Notes: generated by a model from the sequence alone, not told the origin. 64,000 nt of DNA from Eledone cirrhosa (GCA_964016885.1 OZ024759.1:31062001-31126000); one strand, 5' to 3'; positions 14,942 to 29,312 are shown, counted from the stretch's first letter. Made by a program: numbers and translations.

Positions 14942-15121
14942 ATGTAATCTCTAAGTGTGTATTGCCACTCTAAATGCTGTAATGAATGTTGACCCACAAT
15001 ATTTGCATATGTATCTGTATGTCTCTTGGGTGAAAAGGAGGTCATATAAGTGTTCATGCATTAATAAATTGCTCCGAAGAATCCAAACCTCGGTTTGGAG
15101 GAAACAGTTGTAAGCATAAAA
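14942..15121 (-). pseudogene. Decayed C2H2 zinc-finger coding fragment
   Basis: The frame reads AYNCFLQTEVWILRSNLLMHEHLY...YRYICKYCGSTFITAFRVAIHT*RLH: one near-canonical finger with a stop codon and one degenerate finger. Confidence 0.45.
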
Positions 15122-15319
15122 ATGTTTTGAACAGTTCTTTGATTCTTATATTTCATATAACTGCTCTGTAAATCATCTGATGTTTTTACATTGAGCTACT
15201 TAACTTACTGGTAATAAGGTAGTAATATATTACTGCCTACCACTATTTAGGGTTTGTATAAAAATATATATAACTGCAAAAGGTTTTAGTATTTACATAA
15301 CCATAAATAGTATAATTAA

Positions 15320-15363
<44 letters not shown>

Positions 15364-15759
15364 TGTATATATCGATATATCACTCTATGCCCATACTCCT
15401 AGTTATATGCACAGCGTAGCTCACTGACAAATGTATTTATCTAAATATTCATGAAACTGTCAGTATTTAGACAATAGACTTGTCACTTTGTTAATAAACG
15501 TCCCACTACTAATATAAATCTTTAAAACAGCTTACGTTCATGTACACATCTTCTACACATATGTATACAGTCACAACTTACACACATAAATACATATATA
15601 TATATATAACAAAAAATATGCAAATTTTATCAAATCTAAATCAGATAGGTACGTTATATTCTCGAACAGCATTGTCCACGTTTAGCAACAATGTCTGACG
15701 CTTTTCATTCAGGCAACACAAAGAAACTATGTATATCTAGTACATTGACTAAGACGTAC

Positions 15760-15892
15760 GTATTTCTGAGTGCAGCAATATATTATGTCATTTCTCTATT
15801 ATTGTAGCAGAATTACTGTCTGGTATTTCACTTTTGTTCCGATTACCAGCACCCATTATTTCTGGTCATTTTTCTTCTTGCGTAGATCTAAT
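15760..15892 (-). CDS. Candidate stop-containing exon (K-LDLRKKKNDQK*), phase-compatible with 18454-18511
   Basis: Acceptor TTTTTTCTTTATAG and possible donor C|GTACGT at 15759. Confidence 0.3.
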
Positions 15893-16153
15893 CTATAAAG
15901 AAAAAATATATACAACCAGATTGTTTGAGATAAATTTAAGAAAAGAAATATAAATTGCAGGCGATCTTTTGTTTTCTCCTATGTCTCCATTTTGTAATTT
16001 TTGGTACGATAAAGCGAAATTTTTATGATATATATCATCGGAATTCAATATGTATGTGAATTACAATCACATCAGGTGGACTGTACATAGTGATCATATA
16101 AACAGATTTACTCATTTGTGCATAATATGTCTCAAAAGAACTCGACATAAAAT

Positions 16154-16290
16154 AATGGTTTCTTATATAGACGCAAGGCCAGCAATTTGTGGGGAGCGGA
16201 AAGTCGATTGAATCGACTTCAGTGCGTTACTGGTACTTTATTTTATCGACCCCGTAAGGATGAATGGCAAAGATAACCTCGGCGGGATTA
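16154..16290 (-). mobile_element. tRNA-derived Deu/Nin-domain SINE, 3' half
   Basis: Reverse complement of TTTGCCATTCATCCTTACGGGGTCGATAAAATAAAGTACCAG, a variant of the family motif present many times in the window. Confidence 0.75.
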
Positions 16291-16500
16291 TGTCCTTGAG
16301 AAAGGTACTTTATTTCACGTTGTTCCTTCTACCTAGAGTTACGACCGATAGATAGTATTAGCAATTGAAAAGCCCAACGGAAACATTGTTTCCTCGGTCC
16401 GATTTAACGAAAGTGATCGACTGTTGATTTCCTTTTATATACTGCGCTTATCTGTGAAAAGGGATCAAGCTATGATTTGATCAGCTGCTATATATAGTTG
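16290..16500 (+). mobile_element. CORE-type SINE fragment
   Basis: TGTCCTTGAGAAAGGTACTTTATTTCACGTTG, homologous to ~24180-24290. Confidence 0.55.
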
Positions 16501-16595
16501 TTTATACGATTGGCACAAGGCCAGCAATTACCGTAACTCTATGCGGCAAAGCACTGCGTCCCACCCTCTACCGATACTGCCAATCCACCGCCTCA

Positions 16596-16810
16596 ATAAT
16601 AATGGTTTCTTATATAGGCACAAGGCCAGTAATTTGAGGGGAGGGGAAAGTCGATTAAATCGACCCCAGTGCGTGACTGGTACTTTATTTTATCGACCCC
16701 CGTAAGGATGATAGGCAAAGTTAACCTCGGCGGGATTTGAACTCAGATCATAAAGGGTCGTAACTCTATGCTGCAAAGCATAGAGTTACCGATACTGCCA
16801 ATCCACCGCT
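16596..16810 (-). mobile_element. Deu/Nin-domain tRNA SINE, near full length (a partial duplicate precedes it at 16510-16593)
   Basis: A-box-like GGCGGTGGATTGGCAGTATCGGT, B box GAGTTCAAATCC, Deu-like domain and a 3' TTGTGCC tail. Confidence 0.8.
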
Positions 16811-17472
16811 CAACGTAGAGACGTCCACCAATAGGAAATATGAGAAAGGGCAAGGAGATGTAAGTTATGTTAGTGAAGAGAATATAATTGCTGTTAATCT
16901 ACATAGAAGGAAATGCATTGGAAGAAATGTGCACTCTGAAGATCTCTAGCGTAAATAAATATTAATGATTAACATAATATTGCATTCTAAATCCTGGAGG
17001 ACTTAGCTGATAAATATTCTAATTTCATCTCATAATACGATAAAAATGTCCAAATATTTAATTTAAAAATGCCCTATATTAACTGCTCACGGTGTAAATA
17101 AATATTAAACTATGGAATTATTTAAATATGTGCACAGCTAATATATTTAAATACATTGGGGGTAAACACAATCTTTATAATTAGATATTTCCTCAAAAAT
17201 AATGACAGATTTGATTGGTTATTGTTTTCGATATTTCGTGTGTGTGTCTGTTTGTGTGTCTGTTTGTGTGCGTGTTTGTTTGTGTTTCTGTGTATCTTTC
17301 TGTCTGTGTGCGCCGGTGTATACTTGTGTGCCTGTTATATATGTATATGTATGTGTATGTGCGTATGCGTGTGCGCCGGTGTATACTTGTGTGCCTGTTA
17401 TATATGTATATGTATGTGTATGTGCGTATGCGTGTGCGTCGATGTATACTTGTGCGCCTGTTATATATGTAT

Positions 17473-17503
<31 letters not shown>

Positions 17504-17847
17504 CGTGCGTGAAGATATGTGTGCATGTATGTATGAGATGAGTATATGTGTGTGCATATACCTATGCATGTATGTATGTATGAGTGTGTTTGTGTGCATA
17601 TATGTGTGCATGGATGTAAGTATGTGTGTGTGTGTGTGTATATATGTGTGTATGGATGTATGCATGTATGAGTATGCATGTGTGCATATATGTGTGTGCA
17701 TGTATGTCTGTGTGTGTGTATGTGTGTGTGTGTAAAAATTAATTTCTCTCAGGTTGGAACGTGATTTGTAAACGCTTGACAGATCCCCCGCCCACATATA
17801 TATATTTACATATGTGTATGTATGTATACACACACAAACACACACAC

Positions 17848-17902
<55 letters not shown>

Positions 17903-17986
17903 AAAGTTCTATTTAAAATTGTTGGGATACAACAAGTAAATAATTTATAACTGATATAAAGCACTCAAGTTTTTGGAGTAGATATA

Positions 17987-18071
<85 letters not shown>

Positions 18072-18453
18072 TATACATATATTATGAACGAATATTACAT
18101 AATTTATCTACTAAATATCGTAGCTATTGATTAAACATAAATATTTTTATATATAATGATTGCTTATTTTAAGATTCATTTCTTTTACAATTTTCAAATG
18201 TCAATACACCGTAATGCAGTTTATATATATCAGCTTTTTTTAATGTATCATGGATTACTCTACTGATTACAGAAGACAGTGCAACACAGTCTTCATTCAA
18301 ATTCTGTGTATATTGTCAATTACGATTTTATTTGACGTGTCATACCTACATGCATATATATTTGCGTATAATATCAATATGTACACTGCACATGCTAGCT
18401 GGTTTTTCTGCTAGTACTAAAATAATATAGTAATATAAAGCTGATAGTCTTAC

Positions 18454-18511
18454 TTTGAAATCTCAGTATTTTCTGCGTTCTGGTTCAGTAACAATTCGTC
18501 CACAGATTCAT
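18454..18511 (-). CDS. Candidate 58-nt coding exon (ESVDELLLNQNAENTEIS), unknown gene
   Basis: Acceptor CGTCGTTTACAG, donor AA|GTAAGA, open frame, phase 1 to 2. It joins in frame to the 15892 acceptor. Confidence 0.35.
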
Positions 18512-19414
18512 CTGTAAACGACGGATAAGATACGTAATGTATATCACAGCAAATTAGTTTGATTTACATCAACTGACTGTTTACGTATGTCTTTTCCGTA
18601 CGTCTTTTTGGATTGACACTATGAGAAATCAATAGCGTTGCTAATGATATTTATAAAATTAGGTGAACATTCTATGATACCATATTGATATCAGAATTGT
18701 TATTCACGTTATAGAAAGCCCTGTTTTTTTTGTTTTGTTTTGTTTTTTTTCATTTAGCAAACATTAAATTAAAATATATAAAACACTTAAAATTGTATTC
18801 GTGTTCATACTGACAAACACTACACAATAAAAGTTTTATCCAACACAATAAAACTCCTCCAAAATTTATAGGAAACAAAATAATGTTTTGGTCGTTTGAA
18901 AATATTCATGAATAAACATGAAATTTAGTGAAAAATACAAATAAATAGATAAAACTATTTGATTTAAATGTGAATGTAATTGGACGTGGCAATCGTGAAA
19001 TATTGGAAAACACATAAGGTTGGCAATGTAAGAATAATGAATAAATATACAAAGAAACACAAACAGACAAATGTATAAATTATTCATTTATTTAAAGATT
19101 TCCATAATTTTACTTAAGAAAATACACTTTAAATACTTCTTGACTAATTACTTTTCTAATTGGACGTGTAGGAAGAATTCTCTCAGAGTTCTAATGTAGT
19201 ATTATTTCCTTTTAGCTTCAGTAGATACAGAATATAGAAAGACTATTTTCAAAGTAAATCAAAGCTGTTTTGTTATTTAATAGTTTCTGATTTAGATACA
19301 AGATGAAATAGTTTGGGGTAGGGGAGAAAGTCGATTAAATTGACCTAGATGCTATACTGGTATTTTATTTTATTGACTCCGAATTGAGAGCTCACATCTC
19401 CGATATTAGGCGCA

Positions 19415-19675
19415 TGGGGTTAAAATATCTCGGGAAAGAATCACTGGAGAGTTGCTCCACGTAGAGCCACTACTTCTCCGAATTGAGAGATCACAGCTCC
19501 GATACTATGGGCATGTGGTTAGAATGTCTCAGGAAGATCGTTGGATAATATCAATGAGCTTGGCTGGTTATGCTTGGAGATCCAGCCGGATCAGTTGGAG
19601 ACGGTTGTTTCTGACAGGTACCACTTCTGACAGGTAGCGTGATCCTCTCAGGAATAAGTGGGCGAAGAAGAAGAC
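19415..19675 (+). mobile_element. RTE-clade LINE 3' fragment with a (GAA)n tail
   Basis: VEPLLLRIERSQLRYYGHVVRMSQE matches the RTE C-terminal motif L.W/Y.GHV.RM. Confidence 0.75.
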
Positions 19676-19689
19676 TCCGTAAGGATGAA

Positions 19690-20012
19690 TAGCGGCTTTG
19701 TGGTTAGGGTATTTGGCTTACAATCGTAAGGTTGTGAGTTCGATTCCCAGCAGTGCGTTGTGTCCTTCAGTCAGACACTTTATTTATATTGTTTCAGTTC
19801 ACTCAGGTGGCAAAAGTGAGTTGTATGTGTAGTTCGAATGGCTAGCTTTGTCACATTCGGTGTCACGCTGAATCTCCCTGAGAACTACGTTAAGGGTACA
19901 CATGTCTGTGGAATGCTCAGCCACTTGCACGTTAATTTCATGAGCAGGCTGTTCCGTCAATCGGATCAACTGGAACTGAAACACTCGAGGTCGTAACCGA
20001 CGGACAGCCTCA
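19690..20012 (+). mobile_element. CORE-type tRNA-derived SINE, near full length
   Basis: A box TGGTTAGGG, B box GAGTTCGATTCC and CORE-like TGTGTCCTTCAGTCAGACACTTTATTT. Confidence 0.75.
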
Positions 20013-20029
20013 GTTAACTACTACTAGAC

Positions 20030-20340
20030 AGCAGTATTGGTAGAGTCACACACCATGTTTTGAAGCACAGAGCTATGGCCCTTTACGTTCTGAGTTAAAA
20101 TACCGCCGAAGTTAACATTGCCTTTCCTTCTTACGGAGTCGATAAAATAAAGTACCAGTAATGCACTAGGGTAATTGCTGGCCTTGTGCCAAAAGTAGAA
20201 ACTTTATTATGTACAGAGTTCTGAGTTCAAAATCCAATTGAAGTTAACATTGCCTTTCATCCTTACGGAGCCGATACAATAAAGTACCAGTAATGCACTG
20301 GAGTAATTGCTGGCCTTGTGTCAAAAGTAGAACCAATTAT
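20030..20340 (+). mobile_element. Two tandem Deu/Nin SINE copies (short-deletion subfamily)
   Basis: GTTCTGAGTT..AAGTTAACATTGCCTTTC..AAAGTACCAGTAATGCACT..GCTGGCCTTGTG occurs twice. Confidence 0.75.
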
Positions 20341-20861
20341 TTCGTGAAAGATATAGAAAGAGGAGGAATAGAGCAGTGCTTCGTTGAAATCGACGGAAGT
20401 TCATTCCAACAGTCCATTTTATCTACATTTACATTCCATGTTCAAATCGATCGGAGATGAATTGCTATCGATATTTTGATCAGATGCTGAACGCTTGAAT
20501 TAATACTAGTTCAATATTATTTGTAGTCAATATATCTTTCATGTACAAATGTACAACAATTATCAAAAGTATTTATTTACAGTTTTAAACTGATGTTTAT
20601 AATGGTGAAAACAATTTAATAGGAAAAGGGAAAACATTGATTGAGAAGAACGGAATGGAAAGAAGAAATTATAAGCAAAGGAAGGGAAATAGAAGGGCTC
20701 TAGTGTCACACAAGAATGGTGGGGGAAAAGTAGGAGGGTGAAGGGGCGGCAACCCCGCGGATAAGATCGTGAGTCTCTTGTCTCTCAGGAAAAATGAAAA
20801 TTTACTACATGACCTTATTAAACTTGGGTTCGTTAATTGAACAGTTAAAGTAGGCTTAAAC

Positions 20862-21070
20862 TTAGCAGTATCGGTAGAGTGTCGCACAAAATGCCTTGTA
20901 CCATGTAGTTACGTCCCTTTACGTTCCGGGTTCAAATCCCGCCTAGGTTAGTTTTGCCTTCCATCCTGACAGGGTCGATAAAATGAAGTACCAGTGACAC
21001 ACTGGGATTGTTTAAATCGACTTTCCTCGTCACCGCAATTGCTGGCCTTGTGCCTAAAATCAGAAACCTT
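20862..21070 (+). mobile_element. Deu/Nin SINE
   Basis: GCAGTATCGGTAGAG..GGTTCAAATCCCGCC..GGGTCGATAAAATGAAGTACCAG. Confidence 0.78.
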
Positions 21071-21435
21071 TAATGGTTTCACACTCGAAATCTTAGGTAC
21101 TTGACAAGCACTGAAACAAAAACTCTCTTAGTGATTGGTTCTTGTCTTTTGTTATGAAAGTCGACGACGAACGGAGAATGAAATTAAGGAGGGGAATCTT
21201 ACTACTTTCTCCGTTGAAATATAGGAGACATCTTCGACTACTTATTCTATAAAATTTGCACTTTCACGTTATCCAATTAACTATCATCTTTGAGTTTATT
21301 TCATGATTAATTTGTTTCGTGCTTAATTTGCCTATTATACATAATTTTTGTATCTTCATCTAAGTATATTAGCGGCCGTATACATAATAAAACATTATTA
21401 GATTACCGCCACCCTCCGCCAATATATATATATAT

Positions 21436-21504
<69 letters not shown>

Positions 21505-21507
<3 letters not shown>

Positions 21508-21729
21508 ATAATAATAAATTTGAAGACTAAAATCCAAAGAGCGCTCGATAAGGATAAATATATATCAAAAATATAAGAACCGTAGAGCAAATATTTATTA
21601 AAATAACACATTAAAGTTTAAGCAAAGAATCGTTGCTTTCACCCTTAACGGGATCTTCTGAAACTTTCAGAAGACCCCGTTAAGTGTGAAAGCAGCGATT
21701 CCTTGCTTAAACTTTAATGTGTTATTTTA

Positions 21730-21737
<8 letters not shown>
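21505..21737. mobile_element. PLE pLTR family 'GAAGATCC' with a fold-back palindrome at 21591-21737
   Basis: The arms carry HHR-like CAGAAGA-TCCC-GTTAA-GGGT-GAAA. Same family as 31725-31870 and 31960-32117, and flanked by (TA)n. Confidence 0.6.
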
Positions 21738-21816
<79 letters not shown>

Positions 21817-21928
21817 TATGTACATATATATGTACATATATATATATATATATATATATAGAAGGATTTAAATGGATACAGTTCAGTAAAAGGAATTTAT
21901 TGACACGTGTTTCAATAACAGTTATATA

Positions 21929-22008
<80 letters not shown>

Positions 22009-22178
22009 TTTGTTCGTACTGCATCTCTGTTTTGTTCTCGTTCCATTTTCACTATATATATATATATATATGTGTGTGTATGTGCGTATATATATATAGA
22101 ATAAGGAAAAGCGAAGTAGTTTCAGATGTTCAAGTCCTTTAATAATAATGCTGTGATATATATTTCAATGACGACACT

Positions 22179-22249
<71 letters not shown>

Positions 22250-22262
22250 ATATATATATATA

Positions 22263-22347
<85 letters not shown>

Positions 22348-23076
22348 TTAGGCAGAAGGAGCGAAATTATGAATAGCGTGGTCTTTTGTATTTTAAACTA
22401 TTGAAACAATTAGTGAACCGAGTCGATAAAATAAAGTACCAGTAATACACTGGGACAATTGCTGGCCTTGTACCAAAAGTAGAAACAATTATTAGATTTA
22501 GAGGATAAGGACAATAGTTGACATAATTTAATGAAAGTAATGCTTCATATAAACATTAGCACATACAGAGATTAGTTTTCTAGCTTCAAGCGGCTTATTT
22601 TAAACGTTGAACGTTGTGGAATTAAAATTTGGCCTTGCATTAAAAATTCTTTTAACATATGGATAAAAGTAGCATGGAAGATAGACATAACATTATTCCG
22701 TATTGCGATTCTGATTTTATTACGACAAACACGAATATTTATCTAAGGAATATGTATTAAACTATTTTGTAGGAAATTATAAATGGTTCTATTACGATTG
22801 ATCATCAAAGAATAATCTCTTTGCAAAAGTTACGTCTTAAAATATTTTTATAATCGTTCCTAAGATTAACGTTCAAGTATTTATAGTTCTTATGTAATCT
22901 TAATCTTTGCAGAAGAATATCTATGTAAAGAAATATTGAAGTTAATATTCAATGATATTGACATAAAATGGTTGAAATATTGACCAGGATTTATCACCCG
23001 AATAAAACATCTCCACAAATTCTAACTTCTAAGATAAACACACATACAATTATGATTAGGTATATATATATGTGTG

Positions 23077-23107
<31 letters not shown>

Positions 23108-23110
<3 letters not shown>

Positions 23111-23299
23111 GGAACGAGTAGGACCCCGACGGCTGAGCTCAAGCCGTTTCGACGGCTAATTCTGGTCTAAAATTAGCCGTCGAAACGGCTTGAGCTCAGC
23201 CGTCGGGGTCCTACTCGTTCCTATTACCCACTCTACTACCCAAGTATTGAGTACTTTGGTGCGTTATGGTCCACCTGGTTCCTTACCACATTTCCTTCG

Positions 23300-23300
<1 letters not shown>
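23108..23300 (+). mobile_element. PLE pLTR family 'GTCGGGGTCC' with a perfect fold-back palindrome at 23108-23224
   Basis: About 54-bp perfect arms, apex CTGGTCTAA, and (TA)n on both sides. Confidence 0.75.
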
Positions 23301-23370
<70 letters not shown>

Positions 23371-23382
23371 CTTACGTATATC

Positions 23383-23434
<52 letters not shown>

Positions 23435-23452
23435 CTTCCGTATATCTATATA

Positions 23453-23499
<47 letters not shown>

Positions 23500-23864
23500 A
23501 TATAATATATTTATATTTATGCCATGTATGTATGGGTGCATGTTTCATGAATTATTGATAAATTTTGAAGACAAAAGTCATCTTTTGAAGTAATATAACA
23601 TAAATTATTAGAAGAGAACACACACGTCTGTTTATGTGTGTGTGGCTACGTTGTGAGTGTGTGTGTGTTGTGTGTGTGTGTCTGCGTTGTGAGTGTGTGT
23701 ATTGTGTGTGTTGTGTGTGTGTGTCTGCGTTGTGAGTGTGTGTATTGTGTGTGTATGCACAAACAGCTTGTATTAGAAACTCCAACAGACAGGCTGTTTT
23801 ATATGTATCACAGCTAGTTTCCCTTCTACAATCAGTTTTTTTATGACCAAGTTAAAGGCCTTAA

Positions 23865-24072
23865 ATTAGCAACATCTGTAGAGCGTCAGACGGCATGGTT
23901 CCTGGCATAGTTACGGCCCTTTGCCTTCTGATTTCAAATCCCGCCAAGGTTAGCTTAGCTTTCCATCCTTATGGGGTCGATAAAATAAATTACCAGTAAC
24001 GCACTGGGGTCGATTTAATCGACTTTCCCCTCCCCAAAATTGTTGGTCGTGTGCTTAAATCAGAAACCATTA
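23865..24072 (+). mobile_element. Deu/Nin SINE
   Basis: TTCAAATCCCGCC..TTCCATCCTTATGGGGTCGATAAAATAAATTACCAG. Confidence 0.78.
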
Positions 24073-24134
24073 GGGAGAAGTAGTTTGCAGGAATATATGA
24101 ACTTTTTTATGCTGTGAATACATTATGAAGTTGC

Positions 24135-24295
24135 GAGACTGAGGTTGTGAGTTCGATTTCTGGACCGGACGAAACGTTATGCTCGTTGAGCAAGTCACTT
24201 TACTTCACGTTGCTCCTTCTGCCTGGATTTGCAACCGGTAGGTAGTGTTAACAATTGAAAAGTCCAATAGAACATTGTTTCCTCGGTAATATTTC
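24135..24295 (+). mobile_element. CORE-type SINE fragment
   Basis: GAGGTTGTGAGTTCGATTTC..TTGAGCAAGTCACTTTACTTCACGTTGCTCC. Confidence 0.65.
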
Positions 24296-24347
24296 ACGAG
24301 CTCCACCCCACTCGTTAAACGAATGAGGTCTGGGGTCTTGTTATATA

Positions 24348-24519
24348 CAGTGAAATTCCGTTATAAAGAAATTCACGGGGTATAAAACAAATTCGTTACA
24401 ACGAAAAATTCTTTATAACGAGATCGACCGAAATAAATCAAGAGTTTGTTTGTTATTACCTCGGGGATTGAAAAAGATTTCGTTATACTGAAAAATTCGT
24501 TATAATGGCATTTTACTTG
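24348..24519. mobile_element. Tc1/mariner-pogo (Tigger-like) MITE
   Basis: TA|CAGTGAAATTCCGTTATAA...TTATAATGGCATTTTACTTG|TA: imperfect TIRs, TA flanks and internal CGTTATA repeats. Confidence 0.6.
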
Positions 24520-24884
24520 TAGAGTAAAGTAGAAAAATAAATTAAGTCGGTAGAATTCGAACGAAGGACGGAGACAGAGAAATTAAAATAAACATTTAAA
24601 TAAGATTTTATGTGATAGTGTGGCAATTTCTCCTTGCAAAATATCCAAGTGAATAAAGGTGTATTTATAAGTGCCTATTGCATACCTATCATTTAAATAA
24701 TTAAGGTACGAAGAACAATTTAATTATTTCTAATTAATTAAATTAGTTCACGTTAATGACACTTCCTGAAATGATTAGCTTGCTCCTATGTACAAATACC
24801 GATTCCATAAAAGCTTTGTTAATAATATGTGCCTGACTGGTTATATGAATAACAGACTCTTAGACGATCAGCGATATGTAAATA

Positions 24885-24995
24885 ACTGTCTCTACTTTTG
24901 GCACAAGGCCAGCAATTACCCAGTACATTACTGGTTCTTTATTTTATCGACCCCGTAAGGATGAAAGGCAAAGTTAACCTCGACGGAATTTGAAC
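24885..24995 (-). mobile_element. Deu/Nin SINE 3' half, interrupted by a PLE fragment
   Basis: The SINE sequence stops at GGAATTTGAAC, where the HHR palindrome begins. Confidence 0.72.
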
Positions 24996-25158
24996 GGTTT
25001 CATTCGGGAGAAATCATCAGGAAGCCCTGATGATTTCTCCCGAATGAAACAGTTCTAGTCCTGTAGAAGCCTTTCTATATTAAATATTTTATACTCTGCT
25101 TTGTATTGAGTACCTTACTTACTGTGGTTACCCCCGATTGAACCCGGGATAAACTTAT
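24992..25158 (+). mobile_element. PLE pLTR fragment beginning with an inverted, duplicated hammerhead (24992-25055)
   Basis: CTGATGA-TTTC-TCCC-GAAT-GAAA-CAGT-TC at 25027-25055, mirrored at 24992-25021. It ends in (TA)n. Confidence 0.65.
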
Positions 25159-25317
25159 ATATATATATATATATATCTACCACACTCACCCTCACACACA
25201 CACACACATACACAGATACATTCACACAGAAACATACACACTTAATTTCACACACAGAGAAATACACGGACACACTCACACAAACACACAAATACATATT
25301 CATACCGAAACATACTC

Positions 25318-25353
<36 letters not shown>

Positions 25354-25577
25354 ATACACACATACACAAATACAAATACAAAGATCCACAAGCACGCACA
25401 CACACAGATCCACACGTATGCATACACACACACAAATACACATATACGTACACATATACATACACATACACACATATACATACATATATATCACATCTAG
25501 AGTCATGACATTTACGTTTGATATTCACATAGAAAAAAACATGTATAAATTGAATATAGATAAAGTCATGCACAATG

Positions 25578-25692
<115 letters not shown>

Positions 25693-26954
25693 ATAATATA
25701 TGTATATGTATTTTTTTAACATGGCTTAGTAATTTTTTTCTCACACTATCTCACTCGTTATGCTTTTTACTATCTGTCATTTTCACCAACATTCTCACTC
25801 TCATCATTTTCACCTATATGCTTTCTCAACAACAACCAAATAAATGCAACATGGAGGAATAAAAATGCAGCTACACCTATATTGGCAAAGCTAATATTGT
25901 TGCAACAATGTGTGTATTCAGTAGATAGGCTGAAAAAATCCCTAAGCAGTTGAATATCCTCTTAACATGGTGTATAAATGCGTACCAATAAAAACCTATA
26001 CGTAATGGAAAAAATAGGATAATGTGAGGAGCAGATAAATAGTAAATTCAATGGACAAAGGGTGAAGAAGAATGGAGTTATAAAAAATAAAATGGATAAA
26101 CAAAAGGGCAAAGGTTTAAAGGATAACAAAATGATAAAGCATATACCACATAACACACAGCGATACAATATGAGCACAACTCCTTAGAAATGACATATGT
26201 AATATAGACAAGTGTGTGGTTGTTAACAATGGCGTTTAATGTCCGAACTATTGATAAGGTGAGTTCAGAAAAAATATACAAAGTCAGGCTGAGTGTGTTT
26301 TTGTGTGTTTGCGTGTGAATGTGTGTGAATATATGAGACTGTGTGTGTGTACGTGTTTTAATATGTGTGTTTTGTGTGTATGTGTATGTGTGTGAATGTC
26401 TGTAAGACTCTGTGTGTACGTATTTGTTTTGTGTGTGTATATGTGTTGGTGTGTATTTGTGTGTGTTCGGTGTGACTGTATATATATTTGTAGAGAGTGT
26501 GTGTGAATGTGTGTGAGACTGTGTGTGTACGTGTTTTGTGTGTGTGTACGTGTTTTGTGTGTGTTTTGTGTGTGTTTTGTGTGTATGTGTGTTTGTGTGT
26601 ATTTGTGTATGTATAGGTGTGACTGTATATATACTTGTATGTGTATTTGTGCGTGTGTCTATCTGTATGTGTGTTTATCTATTTGTGTGAGTGCTTATGT
26701 TTGTGTGTGTGTGAATGTGTGTGTTTATGTGTGTGTTTTCCGAGATATGATGGCCAAGCAATCATGTATTAAGAAGAAGACAAAATGGTATCGAGTTTTG
26801 GTTAGGTTTGATGTCAGTATCTGAGGAAAGAGAAAGGCTGACGTTGTAGGTAAGCGATATAACGGGAATGTTTTCCGATCATTTTAAGCACAACAGCATC
26901 ACACATCTTTTCATGGATTGCATTATTTACGTTCAAAACAACTCAGTTACTATC

Positions 26955-27021
<67 letters not shown>

Positions 27022-27196
27022 TAAACGGAAAAGAAAATGCTGACAAATTGTTCACAGTGAAAAGTAGTTTAATTAGGAATAAGTGAAAATTAGTAATAGT
27101 ATTGGTTAGTATTCAGTTTTGGTTTTAAGTTGTTGCGCATTTCTAATGCTTTTCAAAAATAATTTTGAGATAGAGCGCCCGTGATGTTTGCTCTAA

Positions 27197-27287
<91 letters not shown>

Positions 27288-27302
27288 ATATATATAATTG
27301 TA

Positions 27303-27353
<51 letters not shown>

Positions 27354-27356
27354 GTA

Positions 27357-27432
<76 letters not shown>

Positions 27433-27985
27433 TAAATATTATATATTATCCAATTACAAGTAGATTTGTGTTTTAACTTTTGATTTATACTCCGATGATC
27501 CCGGCCTTGTTTGTGCTTGGATGGAACGATCGATAGTAATTAAATGTTCCAAAACACTCTTTGATATTGTTATTTATAAAGTATATATATATATATATAT
27601 AATGTTATGTGGGTAATTTGTAGTTACTAGCTGTGACGCTGGGCGAATGTGGCTGTAGTTTGCAGAATGTATATAAAGTGACAATGTGAATTATAGCTTT
27701 TTGTAAACTTTATTTCATATGTGAATAAGTGTCGATTAAGAGTCGGGATCCGATCGCATGATAAAACACAAGCTGATCGATATAGAAACAATGTAACGTG
27801 AAATAAAGTTTTAAAAAGCCAGCCGCAATTCTTAATGTCTATTTATATATATATATACAAGTATACATATATATATATTCGTATATATATATAGATATAT
27901 ATATATATATAATGTATATATATATATGTATATATATATATATACATATATATATATACATATATATATATATACATATATATAC

Positions 27986-28044
<59 letters not shown>

Positions 28045-28095
28045 TATATAAATATTATATATATAGACATATATATATATATGTAGACATATATA

Positions 28096-28175
<80 letters not shown>

Positions 28176-28229
28176 AACGTACCTGTTGATGATTCTTAGC
28201 TTCAACCATCTTTCCATATATATATATAA

Positions 28230-28371
<142 letters not shown>

Positions 28372-29083
28372 AATGTGTGTGAGGGGTGGTCATGTATTAT
28401 TCATGAATAACCATCCTCTTTTCTGCCTCTGCTTTTTGATATGCATTGTAATAGTGTCTTTTATTCAACTCCGATGCCAACAAAGTTACAGCTTGTATGT
28501 GCAACCATAAAACAGTATGTAAAATTCATGCTTTAATACTTTATTCCATAAAAGTCAAAACCTGTGATATTCGATAGTACTAAGCCAGTGTCTATATAAT
28601 ATATATTTATCACATATGGATAAAACACACACATGCACACATACTTTCATATTTCCGTACGCAAGCAGACAGATCCGCAATAAGTATGCAGTTGTATAAA
28701 ATATGACCATATAGAGATAAGGAATAAAAGAATTCACGTGCATTCATGTAATATGGTAACTGATTTTAGTAGCAAAAATAAATGCATGAAAGATGAGAAG
28801 AAAGGTTAAAAAGAAAAAAAAGTGAGTCGTGATCGAAAACCAGAAATATTGATGAGAGGGAAAATATTCTAAAAGAAATTTGAATATTGTTAAAATGAAA
28901 GACATATCGAATAGAATACAAGAAAAAAAATTACAATAATTAAATTATACCATAGGTATATAGCGTATCAACCTATGATTATATAGGCATCTCGGAGATT
29001 TCTGGGAAGGTGAAAGCAACGAAACTTTTGTAGTCTTCCTTCACATTCATTATATAATAAATAAAAAAATTAAAAAAATTAAA

Positions 29084-29124
<41 letters not shown>

Positions 29125-29125
<1 letters not shown>

Positions 29126-29312
29126 TGTTTCTACTTTTGGCACAAGGCCAGCAATTACCCAGTACATTACTGGTACTTTATTTTATCGACCCCGTAAGGA
29201 TGAAAGGCAAAGTAAACCTCGGCGGGATTTGAACCCAGAATGGCAAGGACCGTAACTCTATGCGTCAAAGCATGGCGTCCGACCCTCTACCGATACTGCC
29301 AATCCACCGCCT
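29125..29312 (-). mobile_element. Deu/Nin SINE, full-length short-deletion subfamily, within (TAA)n
   Basis: Head and tail are both present. Near-identical to 34095-34280. Confidence 0.82.

Noticed and set aside
27488-27540. Hammerhead-like CCGATGA..GGAACGATCG
   Set aside because: Both core boxes are mutated. At most it is a decayed PLE relic.
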